Shown piece after piece: positions 39,408 through 49,635 of a stretch of DNA of 64,000 nucleotides. The stretch is taken from the NCBI GenBank assembly GCA_963677495.2, contig CAXXOU010000004.1, forward strand, positions 768,001-832,000. Direction: 5' to 3'. A model generated the notes under the pieces. It did not search any database and was not told the origin of the DNA. It worked only from the letters and a program-made list of their open reading frames with translations. How positions within the stretch are numbered: the stretch's first letter is position 1; every line of letters starts with the position of its first letter. The position numbers were made by a program, and so were the translations under genes. The DNA is from Candidatus Cloacimonadales bacterium. Its GTDB lineage: Bacteria; Cloacimonadota; Cloacimonadia; Cloacimonadales; JAFGVF01.

Positions 39408-40802
39408 TTAGAATTGGAAATAGATGAATTGGTTCTCGTTAAAGATTCCAAAACAAAAGATTATAACAACGAGAGCACTTAGAATGAAAACACGTTGCAT
39501 AGGTTTTATTGTAGTAAACTTTGAAAGGTCTGTTTCAAACTTTAGATGAATCAATCCCATCAAAGCAATGAATACGAAACTAAGAACAAGTTCTGTCAAA
39601 GTTAGTCCCGGTAAAAAACCACCCCAACTAAGAGGTGATACAATATTTTTAAGAATATAACAAGCTTCAAACAATGAATCAGCTCTAAAGAATATCCAAG
39701 CAAGACTTACAAGTGTAAATGTTATAACTACTCCAAGGAATCTCGGAATCTTAAGATTAAATGGTTTTAAGATATTCCAAAGAATTATCATAACTCCATG
39801 GATTAAGCCCCAAATCATAAATGTCCAGTTTGCTCCATGCCAAAAGCCACTTAAAGCAAAAACAATAGCAAGGTTCAGGTATTTTCTTGGAATAGAAATC
39901 CTATTACCACCAATTGGAATATATAGATAATCTTTAAACCAAGCCGATAGTGAGATATGCCAACGTCTCCAGAACTCGTTAATATTATGAGCAATATAAG
40001 GAGATTTGAAATTTTCCAGGAGTCTGATACCCATCATCCTTGCAATACCTAATGCAATATCAGTATAACCACTAAAATCACAATAGATCTGGAAAGTAAA
40101 AAACACTACACCTATTATTAAGGGTAACCCGGAGTATGCTGTAGCATGTGAGAATACTTCGTCAGAGAAAAGTGCTAATCTATCAGCAATCACTACTTTC
40201 TTAAATAATCCAAAAATAATTCTTGAGATTCCAATCAAAAAATCATCACTTTCTATATGCTTTTTTGTTCTTAACTGGGGTAACAGATGACCGGCCCTTT
40301 CAATCGGTCCGGCAACCAGTTGTGGAAAGAAAGAAACGTATAAAGCAAAATACCCTAAATGTCTTTCCGCTTTAAGTTTTCTTCTATATACATCTATTGT
40401 ATATCCCATTGTCTGGAATGTATAGAAAGAGATGCCAACTGGGAGTAGAACATCTATGAATTTATACCCTTGAGGATATGCATCAGTAAATAGTCCAAGC
40501 AGACTCCCTGAAAGGAAGTTGAAATATTTAAAGAAGAATAGCAGTCCAATATTGGTAACTATACTCAAATACAGGAACAGTTTTTTAGTTCTCTCAGAAT
40601 TACTTGATTCTATCCTAATTCCTGCAATGTAATCAACAATAATTGATGTTACAATCAGAATCAGATAAGCCGGCCTCCAAAAACTATAAAAGAGGAAGCT
40701 TGCTCCAAGTAATAATCCCCATCTACCTCTTTGAGGTACAATGTGAAAAAGAATCAATATTACAGGAAGAAACAGGGCAAATTCCAAGGAATTAAAAAGC
40801 AT
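39408..40802 (-). CDS. MBOAT O-acyltransferase (AlgI/DltB-like)
   Basis: LPVGISFYTFQ, FFPQLVAGPIER, IYCDFSGY, FWRRWHISLS, SGFWHGA. Confidence 0.95.
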   Translation of the reverse strand: MLFNSLEFALFLPVILILFHIVPQRGRWGLLLGASFLFYSFWRPAYLILIVTSIIVDYIAGIRIESSNSERTKKLFLYLSIVTNIGLLFFFKYFNFLSGSLLGLFTDAYPQGYKFIDVLLPVGISFYTFQTMGYTIDVYRRKLKAERHLGYFALYVSFFPQLVAGPIERAGHLLPQLRTKKHIESDDFLIGISRIIFGLFKKVVIADRLALFSDEVFSHATAYSGLPLIIGVVFFTFQIYCDFSGYTDIALGIARMMGIRLLENFKSPYIAHNINEFWRRWHISLSAWFKDYLYIPIGGNRISIPRKYLNLAIVFALSGFWHGANWTFMIWGLIHGVMIILWNILKPFNLKIPRFLGVVITFTLVSLAWIFFRADSLFEACYILKNIVSPLSWGGFLPGLTLTELVLSFVFIALMGLIHLKFETDLSKFTTIKPMQRVFILSALVVIIFCFGIFNENQFIYFQF

Positions 40803-42946
40803 TATTCAGTTCTTTCGACCTCTATCAGGTTCTCTCCATTTTTATCTAAGCACATTCTTGATATACCGTTTTCCTGAGAAATCTCAATCGTTCCAGTATA
40901 CTTTCTAAAAACCTTGTTAAAGATTTTTAAGTTAATGAATGATTGAATTTCTAGAACTCCCTTATTGTCAACAGCTTTATAATTAGCTTCTGTTGTAATG
41001 AATCCGGGCATGAATGCTTTTAAGAAGAGAATTGATTTCTCCATGAATGGAGAATAGAAGATTGATAATGGTGGTTTATCATTCCACTCTATCGACTTAC
41101 CTTTGAGATAGGGGAGTCTTGAAAGCAGAATTGCAAATGCATGTAAGCATGTACATCTATTACCATAATAACTGAAACAGTTATAAATTCCTTCATAGAT
41201 TGAGAAATATATATATGATTTATTGTCACTGGTGATGCTCAGATTTCCTAATAAATCCACATTTACTTCCCAGTTTTCTTTGGTAGTGCCACTTGCGACC
41301 TTTTTATTGAATACATAACTATCTTTAACTTTAAATCTCAATAGGTCTTGAAGTGAGTAATCAGGGATTAAAGGAGAGATTAAATCATCTTTTAATGGAA
41401 TTCCATAAGGAGTGAACTCATAATTCATAGTATCTTGAGTCTTCTTATAATTTACAAGATATGACTTAAGAGTTGAGGATCCCGGTTCAGGGCCTAACTG
41501 AATATTGAAATGCAGATGTGGGACTTCTGATCGACCTGTATTACCAACTGAACCAATTTTTGTTCCCTTACCGATGTAATCACCTAATTTCAGGTTAATT
41601 GTTCCTGGTTTCAAATGTGCATACATTGAATAGATACTACCCCAATGATGTACAATAACGTAATTACCCCAGTTATCTGTAGTATTTATTTGTCCAATTG
41701 GATTATCAGGAACTCCATCTAAAACTTTTGCAACATATCCAGGGGCTGATGCTAATACAGGTTTACCGTAACAGAAATAATCATTAGCATTGATTCCTTC
41801 ATTACGATACTTTTTACCCTCTTTATCTTGCATCTCAAAGTCCCATGCATGTTTCCAAAGATCTTTGTGAGTAAACTCCCCATCGTTACCTTGAGTGATA
41901 ACCCATTCTCCACTAAAAGGTAAGGCAAACTGAGATGTACCGGTTTCATAGAAACGATCAATTCTTGAGTAATAGTACTCTAGGTTTCCTTCAGGATGGA
42001 AAGCACCATAGTCTATGCTATATGGGTTCTTATTCACCAATCTAAGTCGCATAGCATATACATAGATAAACACTGTTATGCAATATGGGAATGCAAAAGG
42101 TGGTACGAAAAAGTTATAAAGCATTGTCTGGAAAGAAAATGCTATTATAATACCAGTAATCCCTGCAACCAAAGCTATAAGGTATGAGTACCAACCTGGC
42201 ACAAAGAAAACCCCGCCAATAGCTATTGAAATGAGTATCAGGTTCAGGCTTGGGAATAGTATTTCACCTGTTGGAAAATTATTAAAAACAGTCATGAAGA
42301 TAAAACTCAAACTATAACCAACTAACGATAGTACAAATCCGATTCTAGTTGTTATCAAAAGAGCAATTGCAATTAAAGCTCCTGTCACTATATTGGGTTG
42401 AAAGAAAATACTTCCTAAACTCTTGAAGTATAGCTCAATGAATTGAGGAATCTCCAGTGATATAGGGAATATAAGTGCTCTTGCTTCACCTATTAGTGTA
42501 CCACCAATTCTCAAATAGAAGAAACTAAAGAATATAGCTATGAATGAGAATGACAGACTCATCGATGGGAAGTTTAAGTATCTCGTGATTATCGAATTCA
42601 ACGCAACAAAAGTCAGCATTGTTAAGATAGAACCTATTACAAGTAAGCTACAGAAGATAAGTGGATTAAATCCGCTTGATGGATAGAAGTAACCTAGTCC
42701 AAGTGTTACCAATAAACTGTTAAAACCTAATAGACCTGAACGACTCTCCCAACCTTCAAACTTAAAGATTCTAGCAAAAGTTAGCGATATAGTAACTCCA
42801 ACTAGTCCTGAAAGACCTGTCTTCCAGTCGATAAGGGTTGAGACTAGAATTAGAAATCCTACTATCCTTTCATTGCTGAAGAGGATAGTAGAATATGAAT
42901 TAAATACTGCATCAACTAATGCAGGAATCTTAAATTTTGCTTTCAT
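40802..42946 (-). CDS. Urea-transporter-family membrane domain fused to an M23 peptidase domain
   Basis: N-terminal TM region (GLLGFNSLL, FKSLGSIFFQ); M23 motifs H..LWKHAWDF, NWGNYVIV, YAHL, PHLHF. Confidence 0.8.
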   Translation of the reverse strand: MKAKFKIPALVDAVFNSYSTILFSNERIVGFLILVSTLIDWKTGLSGLVGVTISLTFARIFKFEGWESRSGLLGFNSLLVTLGLGYFYPSSGFNPLIFCSLLVIGSILTMLTFVALNSIITRYLNFPSMSLSFSFIAIFFSFFYLRIGGTLIGEARALIFPISLEIPQFIELYFKSLGSIFFQPNIVTGALIAIALLITTRIGFVLSLVGYSLSFIFMTVFNNFPTGEILFPSLNLILISIAIGGVFFVPGWYSYLIALVAGITGIIIAFSFQTMLYNFFVPPFAFPYCITVFIYVYAMRLRLVNKNPYSIDYGAFHPEGNLEYYYSRIDRFYETGTSQFALPFSGEWVITQGNDGEFTHKDLWKHAWDFEMQDKEGKKYRNEGINANDYFCYGKPVLASAPGYVAKVLDGVPDNPIGQINTTDNWGNYVIVHHWGSIYSMYAHLKPGTINLKLGDYIGKGTKIGSVGNTGRSEVPHLHFNIQLGPEPGSSTLKSYLVNYKKTQDTMNYEFTPYGIPLKDDLISPLIPDYSLQDLLRFKVKDSYVFNKKVASGTTKENWEVNVDLLGNLSITSDNKSYIYFSIYEGIYNCFSYYGNRCTCLHAFAILLSRLPYLKGKSIEWNDKPPLSIFYSPFMEKSILFLKAFMPGFITTEANYKAVDNKGVLEIQSFINLKIFNKVFRKYTGTIEISQENGISRMCLDKNGENLIEVERTE

Positions 42947-42949
42947 ATA

Positions 42950-44296
42950 TTATGATTTAAGATGTTCTGGGATTCTCTCTTTATGCTGGATATCATTAAG
43001 ATATTCACGCTCTCTTATGAGCTCAACATCACCCGTCTCAGTAATTAGAACAACATTAGGTCTATATTCAATAAACTGCATCCATTGTGTCACATTGTAC
43101 GCGCCTACCGGATGAATAATAACTTTATCATCAACATGTAGATCAGGGAAAACACAATCAGGTTTAACTACATCAATATTCATGCAAAGAGGTCCATAAA
43201 ATACAGTACTTCTGGAAGTGCCTGATAACGGTTGAGCAGGTTTTACTGTAAGGTTATACCACCAGGCTGTAATCATAATATTTACACCACCATCAAGGAT
43301 AACAGCACGTTGTCCGGTAGGTAAATCCTTCTTTCCAAGCACAGAAGAGATGCAATATCCGGCTTCTGAAACTAACACACGCCCGGTTTCCATAATGAGT
43401 TTTGGGTTCTCTTCTCTGGTAAATTGAGCTTCATTGAATGCTCTGCCAATAGCTGCAAAGTATTGCTCTGGATTTGGAGATGCAAATTCTCCCGGAGTAT
43501 ATTGGTTATGTAGTGTGTTTTTAGAAGCGAACCCGCCGCCTAAATCGATATATTCAACTACAATACCAAACTTTTCTTTTAACTGCATTGCAAGGTCTAG
43601 GAGTGCTTTAGCTGAAAAATAATATGCAGATGGTTCAAGCATGAAAGTACCTATGTGACAATGAAGTCCTACAATCTTTAACTTGCCACCTGATACAATA
43701 CGTTGGAGCGTTCGCATTGCTTCTCCATTTTCATAATTAAACCCAAATCTTTGCCATTGCGGATAAACTCTTGTATCCATGTTCACGCGAATAGCAACTT
43801 CAGGGGTCATACTTAGCTCTTCAGCAACTTCTTCAAGAAGAACAAGCTCATCCATATGATCTATATGAATCTTAGCATTCTCAGATACTGCTTTTAACAG
43901 GTCATCTTTACGCTTACCGGGACCATTGAAGATAATATCTTCACCCTTCTGTCCTAGACCTTTTGCCATATCGTATTCCATGATGCTAACAACTTCAGGT
44001 TTCGCACCTTCCTGATGGAAGATAGAGGAGATGGCTTGTAGGTAGTTAGTCTTATATGACCAGCTTATCTCTGAGTTAGGATAATACTTCTCAAGTTCAA
44101 CTTTCATTTTACGATACTTTTCTCTAATCGCATTCTCAGAGAAGACGATTACCGGAGAACCATACTGCTCTACGATATCATTTACAGGTACATTCTCTAT
44201 TCTATCCTGATAATTTGCTACGCTTGAGAATCCAAACTTGTTTGTCATCCCTACATCATTTTTTTCTATAAAAGGTGGGTTATATTTCTTCTTCAT
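42950..44296 (-). CDS. Fold-type III PLP-dependent decarboxylase (LysA/ODC-like)
   Basis: SYKTN (PLP Lys), IIFNGPGK, GLHCHIGT, IDLGGGF, ETGR, GPLCMNID, GAY. Confidence 0.88.
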   Translation of the reverse strand: MKKKYNPPFIEKNDVGMTNKFGFSSVANYQDRIENVPVNDIVEQYGSPVIVFSENAIREKYRKMKVELEKYYPNSEISWSYKTNYLQAISSIFHQEGAKPEVVSIMEYDMAKGLGQKGEDIIFNGPGKRKDDLLKAVSENAKIHIDHMDELVLLEEVAEELSMTPEVAIRVNMDTRVYPQWQRFGFNYENGEAMRTLQRIVSGGKLKIVGLHCHIGTFMLEPSAYYFSAKALLDLAMQLKEKFGIVVEYIDLGGGFASKNTLHNQYTPGEFASPNPEQYFAAIGRAFNEAQFTREENPKLIMETGRVLVSEAGYCISSVLGKKDLPTGQRAVILDGGVNIMITAWWYNLTVKPAQPLSGTSRSTVFYGPLCMNIDVVKPDCVFPDLHVDDKVIIHPVGAYNVTQWMQFIEYRPNVVLITETGDVELIREREYLNDIQHKERIPEHLKS

Positions 44297-44298
44297 AA

Positions 44299-45372
44299 TT
44301 AGTTTTCCTTGCTGTAGTGTAATTCTCCCTGACTGGAGATTGTTCCGAATCTATCGATTGTTGAGATTATATCTTCTGAATGTCTAATAAATATTGTACC
44401 TGCTTTGTACTCTGTCATTGGCTCCACTTCTTTATCGAGAGCTTTTAAAAGGCAAGCTGCCGGAAGGTTTTGTCCTGCTCCTGATGAAAGTCTTATCCAG
44501 GCAGGGAAGCGAGGATTAATCTCAATAATAAAGATTTCACCAGCACCATTCTGAATAACTTCGAGCTCTGCCGGTCCTCGCCAGTTCAGAATTCTTATAA
44601 CTTGATGAGTAAACTCAGTTAAAGCCTGATTCTCAATCACAACACCACCAAACCCTTTACCCTTATCGGTAATTATAAGCTTGCGTTGCGGTATCATACC
44701 AAGTACTCCACCTTCACCATCACCAACAAGTGAGACATTGAATTCATCGCCAATCACTTTCTCCTGCACGATTATTGGCAGTCCCCATTTAGCTTTAAGT
44801 CTGGCAAAGACATCAAAAGCTTCGTCAATTGTACACACCTCGTATGCTTCGTACAATCTTCCCTTCACAAAGAACGGGAATGCTATTGTAGTTACAATAT
44901 TATACAACTCTTTAGCATCTGCACAGAAGAAGGTTTTTGGAACTTTGATTCCAAGCTCTCCAAACTCACGGTTAAGCCTTGTCTTATCTCTGGCAAGGAA
45001 CTGCTCTTCTGTTGGTAAGTAGAAGCTAATCCCTCGTTCTTTCAATTTATCTTCAAGTCTAATATAGTTGATTATCTCAGAATCAAGCGTAGGGATAATT
45101 ACATCTATCTTAGTTTTACTCAATATGTAATCAAGACGAGTAAGGAATATCTCTGAGCCACCGGAAGGGAAAGGCATCAGATAGATCTCATCAGCTAAAT
45201 CGTCAACAAAGATTCCCGCTTCAAGTGCATCATAAACTAGTGCTACTATTTTTCCTTTGAATCCCGCATCACGTAAACATCTGATTACGGGAGTGCCGGG
45301 TTGAGGGTTATCTCCGGTCTTTAGACCGGTAACAGCTACTGTTATGTCTAAACTACTTAAATCAATTTGCAT
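44299..45372 (-). CDS. ATP-grasp ligase
   Basis: IIPTLDSE, FPFFVKG, IVQEKV.GDE, ELE, IIEINPRFPAW. Confidence 0.85.
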   Translation of the reverse strand: MQIDLSSLDITVAVTGLKTGDNPQPGTPVIRCLRDAGFKGKIVALVYDALEAGIFVDDLADEIYLMPFPSGGSEIFLTRLDYILSKTKIDVIIPTLDSEIINYIRLEDKLKERGISFYLPTEEQFLARDKTRLNREFGELGIKVPKTFFCADAKELYNIVTTIAFPFFVKGRLYEAYEVCTIDEAFDVFARLKAKWGLPIIVQEKVIGDEFNVSLVGDGEGGVLGMIPQRKLIITDKGKGFGGVVIENQALTEFTHQVIRILNWRGPAELEVIQNGAGEIFIIEINPRFPAWIRLSSGAGQNLPAACLLKALDKEVEPMTEYKAGTIFIRHSEDIISTIDRFGTISSQGELHYSKEN

Positions 45373-45373
45373 A

Positions 45374-45619
45374 TTACTTCACCAAATGAAGGTTTTTAAG
45401 TTGAGTTAAGAAGTATGCAACATCTCTGTTCAGGTTTTCTTCTGTAACTTCATATTCTGACAGTATTTTTGCTTCAATTTCAGTGTCAGATAGGCCTGAT
45501 TTCAAAAGAGATATAATTGTTAAAGCCATATCATTACAATTATAAGATAGCCCTGTTGTAGGGTCAAAAATAAAGCCATTATCGCTAATAGCTAGTTTGT
45601 TTAAATTTGTTACGTCCAT
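45374..45619 (-). CDS. Stand-alone PqqD-family / RiPP recognition element protein
   Basis: 81 aa; GFIFDPTTG.SY.CN.....I..LL.......I...I..EYEV......RDV..FL.QL....L. Confidence 0.85.
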   Translation of the reverse strand: MDVTNLNKLAISDNGFIFDPTTGLSYNCNDMALTIISLLKSGLSDTEIEAKILSEYEVTEENLNRDVAYFLTQLKNLHLVK

Positions 45620-45656
45620 ATACTAACTCCATTTTATTGCCCGAAGAAAAAGAGAA

Positions 45657-47477
45657 TTACCCCGTAGGGTTATTCTTAAAATACTTATAAATCTCCGTGG
45701 CTAACTTAAGACTGATGCCTTTAACTTCAGTCAGTTCTCCTACTGTTGCACGTTTTATTCCATCTACTGAGCCGAATTCTTTCAATAGGAGGAATTTTGT
45801 TTTATCACCAACACCTTTAATATTGTCTAATTCTGATTTAATTGTGCGCTTACTGCGTCTCTGTCTATGAAAAGTAATTGCAAATCTATGTGCTTCATCT
45901 CTCACATCAATTAACACTCTTAACGCTCCTGAAGATCTGGGGAGGAGTATAGAGCTTGTTTGTCCTGCAACGAAGACTTCTTCGATTCGTTTAGCAAGTG
46001 AAATCATGCTAATCGAGCCGTCTGATTGTTCCCGTAATTGACTGTACGCTCTGTTTAACTGTCCCTTTCCGCCATCTATGACAATCAAGTCCGGTTTTAA
46101 CTGCTCATCTTTTTCAGTTTCATGTAAAAATCTTTCTAAAGTCTCTGCCATGGATGCGAAATCATCTTGTCCAATAACCGTTTTCATAATGAACTTACGG
46201 TACATCTTCTTCTTGGGTTTACCGTTCTCAAAAAATACTGCAGAGGACACTGTATCACTTCCTTGAATCGTCGAAATATCCATACAGACAATCTTACGGG
46301 GTAGCTTTGGTAATCCAAGTAGTTCTTTCAGTTCCTGAATCGGTACAATTGTTCTTGTTGCTTTTCTCAAATGTGCAAGCTTCTGCTCCTCAACATAATT
46401 GAAGGCATTGAGTTTGGCTACATTGATCAGTTGAGCTTTTTCACCACGCTGAGGGAGAGTTAGACGATTTCCTAACCACTCATTCAATACATCCATAATA
46501 TCCGGTTCTAACTGGAGTAATATGCTATGTGGTAACTCATCAATCTGAGCATAATATGATTGCAGGAAGAAAGACAATATCTCAGATTCAGTCGATTCTT
46601 TAACCTGCGATAGGGGATAAACCTCTTTGTGTAGCACTTTACCTTCAACCATCTTGATTACAACAACTGCAGCAATATCTTCCTCTTTCGCGAGAGCTAT
46701 AATATCTCTATCCTTGAAATCAGTAAGGAACATAGTACGATTCGATTGAACTTTCTGAAGTGCTTCAATCTTATCTCTGGTAAGTGCAGCTTTCTCAAAC
46801 TCCATCTTTTCAGCTTGTTCCTGCATCTCAGCTTTCAGTTCATCAATTATCGCATTATGCTTGCCCTTAAGGAACTTCATCATCTGATCAACAACTCGTT
46901 TATACTCATTCACAGATATTTTACCTATACAAGGTGCAGTGCAAGTACCTAATTGGTAGTTGATACAGGCTTTATCAAATACGACCTTGTCAGCAGGAAT
47001 GTTCCTTGTACATCTGCGAATAGGAAAGATCCATTCCATTAACCTCATGGTCTTACGAACAGCTCCTGCATTTGTATGAGGACCGAAGTATCTGTTCCCA
47101 TCCTTCTTATAATCTCTGGTAACAAAGACACGTGGGAATGGTTCTTTAGTAGTAACTTTTATGAAGGGATATCGTTTATCATCTTTCATGATGATGTTAT
47201 ATCGAGGTCTATGTTGCTTGATTAGGTTTGCTTCGAGCTCTAATGCTTCCGACTCTGTATTGGTGATTATATAATCCAAATCACAAATTTTCGAAACTAG
47301 TCTTGCAGTCTTGGGATCAGACGGTTTTCCATTAATATATGACATAACCCTGTTCTTAAGGTTAACTGCTTTCCCTACATATATAATCTTACCTTTCTCA
47401 TTCTTCCAGAGATAACACCCTGGTTTAGAGGGGAGAAGACGTAGTTTAGTTTTTAGTTCTTCCGAAATCTTTGCCAT
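45657..47477 (-). CDS. uvrC: Excinuclease ABC subunit C
   Basis: GIY-YIG (PGCY..IIYVGKA.NL), UVR domain, DIS, DGGKGQL, RDEAHRFA, HhH. Confidence 0.96.
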   Translation of the reverse strand: MAKISEELKTKLRLLPSKPGCYLWKNEKGKIIYVGKAVNLKNRVMSYINGKPSDPKTARLVSKICDLDYIITNTESEALELEANLIKQHRPRYNIIMKDDKRYPFIKVTTKEPFPRVFVTRDYKKDGNRYFGPHTNAGAVRKTMRLMEWIFPIRRCTRNIPADKVVFDKACINYQLGTCTAPCIGKISVNEYKRVVDQMMKFLKGKHNAIIDELKAEMQEQAEKMEFEKAALTRDKIEALQKVQSNRTMFLTDFKDRDIIALAKEEDIAAVVVIKMVEGKVLHKEVYPLSQVKESTESEILSFFLQSYYAQIDELPHSILLQLEPDIMDVLNEWLGNRLTLPQRGEKAQLINVAKLNAFNYVEEQKLAHLRKATRTIVPIQELKELLGLPKLPRKIVCMDISTIQGSDTVSSAVFFENGKPKKKMYRKFIMKTVIGQDDFASMAETLERFLHETEKDEQLKPDLIVIDGGKGQLNRAYSQLREQSDGSISMISLAKRIEEVFVAGQTSSILLPRSSGALRVLIDVRDEAHRFAITFHRQRRSKRTIKSELDNIKGVGDKTKFLLLKEFGSVDGIKRATVGELTEVKGISLKLATEIYKYFKNNPTG

Positions 47478-49039
47478 ACTTTCTTTATTGCATAGTTTGC
47501 ATAATCTATTTTAATTATTGAAGCTATTAAAATATACAACCCCATTACTATTGATGAGATAATACCAACTTTTACAAATAGTAATATTTGGTTCTCAGGT
47601 TCATACAATCCATTTAAGTAGTTGATTAATACGAAAAGGAATCCTGATAAGCCTATAGCTTTGAAGATATTAAAAGCTATACCCTTAAACTTGATTACCG
47701 GATATCGTTTCCTTATTAGGATTATCAATGTAAACGTATTTATTATTGCAGTTATGGTTGTAGAAAGTGCTAGACCTCCATGACCAAGGAACTGCATAAG
47801 AACATAGTTTAAGCTGATGTTAACTGCAACCATAACAGATGCTAGTATAACAGGTGTCTTCGTGTCCTTATTCGCATAAAACAGTGGAATAAGTGTTTGA
47901 TTTAAGCTAAAGAATAACAATCCTAAACAATAGAACATGAGCGCAAAATATGTCATATCGACAGCTTGTATTCCGAACTCACCACGCTTAAAAAGGATAG
48001 TGATTATATCTTCTCCTAGGCCAATCATAATAACAGAAATAGGTATCATAATATTTGCAAGTGATAGTATTGCAAAACGAAGACTATCAGATAGTTCCTT
48101 CCACTTCTCCTCAACTACATATCGAGAGAACATTGGTAACACTGCTGTTCCGGTAGCGATACCAAATATTCCTAAAGGTAACTGCATAAGCCTATTACCA
48201 AACATCAAAGCTGTAATGCTACCGGTTTGCAGGAACGATGCCATAAGATTATCTGCTATCAGGTTTAACTGTCTTACTCCAATCCCAATCACACCAGGAA
48301 TAAATCTTTTCCATAATGCGGTTAGTGCTTCACCTGTAACCTTAAGTGACAGCTTAAACCTATATCCTAAATTAGCAAGGAACGGGAGGTTTATTAGTAT
48401 TTGTAAGATACCACCTGTGAGAACTCCTAAAGCTGCATAATGTACTAATTGGTATGTAGATTCAACACCCATCAGCTTTGGAATAATCAAAAATGCCATC
48501 CATCCTATGTTCAGGAGTCCTGAAGACAATCCGGTCATAAAGAACTTATCATGTGAGTTAAGAATTGCAATCATCGTTGACGATAGTCCGATACAGAACA
48601 GGTAAGGGAAGAGGATTCTTGTTAAGCTGATAGTAACTATTGAAGTTCCCTCATCGAATCCCGGGAAGAATAGTCTTATCAATATTGGAGCGAGGAGCAC
48701 ACCCAATCCGGATAATATAAGTAGAAATGCCGAAAGCAAACTCATCACATTCAGAGCAAATTTGTATTGCTCTTCTTTACTTCTCGTCACACCGATTTCA
48801 TTATATATAGGCACAAATGCTGCTGATAAAGCACCCTCTCCAAACAATCTTCTTAATAGGTTGGGAAGGTTAAAAGCTGCATTGAATGCATCATTATAAA
48901 AGGTTGTACCAAAGAAGTATGCCATCACCTGATCTCGTAACAAACCGAGTATCCGACTTAGAAATACTGATGTTGACATAATTCCAATATTCTTAGCTAA
49001 TCTATTCTTGCTCAAAAGCACTCCATTAAAGATTTTCAT
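47453..49039 (-). CDS. murJ: Lipid II flippase MurJ (MviN)
   Basis: SRILGLLRD, PNLLRRLFGEGALSAAFVP, RLMQLPLGIFG. Confidence 0.95.
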   Translation of the reverse strand: MKIFNGVLLSKNRLAKNIGIMSTSVFLSRILGLLRDQVMAYFFGTTFYNDAFNAAFNLPNLLRRLFGEGALSAAFVPIYNEIGVTRSKEEQYKFALNVMSLLSAFLLILSGLGVLLAPILIRLFFPGFDEGTSIVTISLTRILFPYLFCIGLSSTMIAILNSHDKFFMTGLSSGLLNIGWMAFLIIPKLMGVESTYQLVHYAALGVLTGGILQILINLPFLANLGYRFKLSLKVTGEALTALWKRFIPGVIGIGVRQLNLIADNLMASFLQTGSITALMFGNRLMQLPLGIFGIATGTAVLPMFSRYVVEEKWKELSDSLRFAILSLANIMIPISVIMIGLGEDIITILFKRGEFGIQAVDMTYFALMFYCLGLLFFSLNQTLIPLFYANKDTKTPVILASVMVAVNISLNYVLMQFLGHGGLALSTTITAIINTFTLIILIRKRYPVIKFKGIAFNIFKAIGLSGFLFVLINYLNGLYEPENQILLFVKVGIISSIVMGLYILIASIIKIDYANYAIKKVWQRFRKN

Positions 49040-49205
49040 AACTATTTAACGGGATTAGTTATTGTCAAGCGGGATATTCATATCGACTCTTTAGAACTCT
49101 TTAACAAGTTAACCAGGTTTTGTTATCAGCTTATCCGTTTATTCAATAATCGTGTTTCTATTGATTAGGATAACTTAAGGTCGTTAGCATACAATGCTAT
49201 TTCCA

Positions 49206-49505
49206 GTCATCTTGAGCGTAATGAGGACACGAACGAAGTCGAACCGACGACCATCGGGAGGAGCTCGTAAGCCGATAGGCGAGCAACTATTTACCTCTCC
49301 GATAACTTTAGTCTCCCAGCAATAGAAGAGCTCTTTTCCGATAGGAAAACACTGAAAGATAAGTCAATACTGCAAACAGTAATCCACTAAAGTCATCCGA
49401 GCGACCCGGAAGTTGTTCGCCTATCGGCTTACGAGCTCCTCCCGATGGTCGTCGGTTCGACTTCGTTCATTTCGTTTCACTGCATTCAGCTCCGCTCAGG
49501 GTGAC
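49206..49505. mobile_element. MITE/REP-like palindromic element
   Basis: 58-bp inverted repeat 49231-49288 / 49411-49468 (1 mismatch); outer IR GTCATCTTGAGCG / CGCTCAGGGTGAC; no transposase. Confidence 0.6.
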
Positions 49506-49635
49506 ATGTATCATTACAAACTGATATTTATGGGCTTTTCTGTTCAAAAGTCTGGTAGAACCAGGTGTCATCCCTTGAATCGCTTGTGGATTTCAGACTT
49601 TTGTCCATTACTACTCTTATCCACATCGCTTCTCT

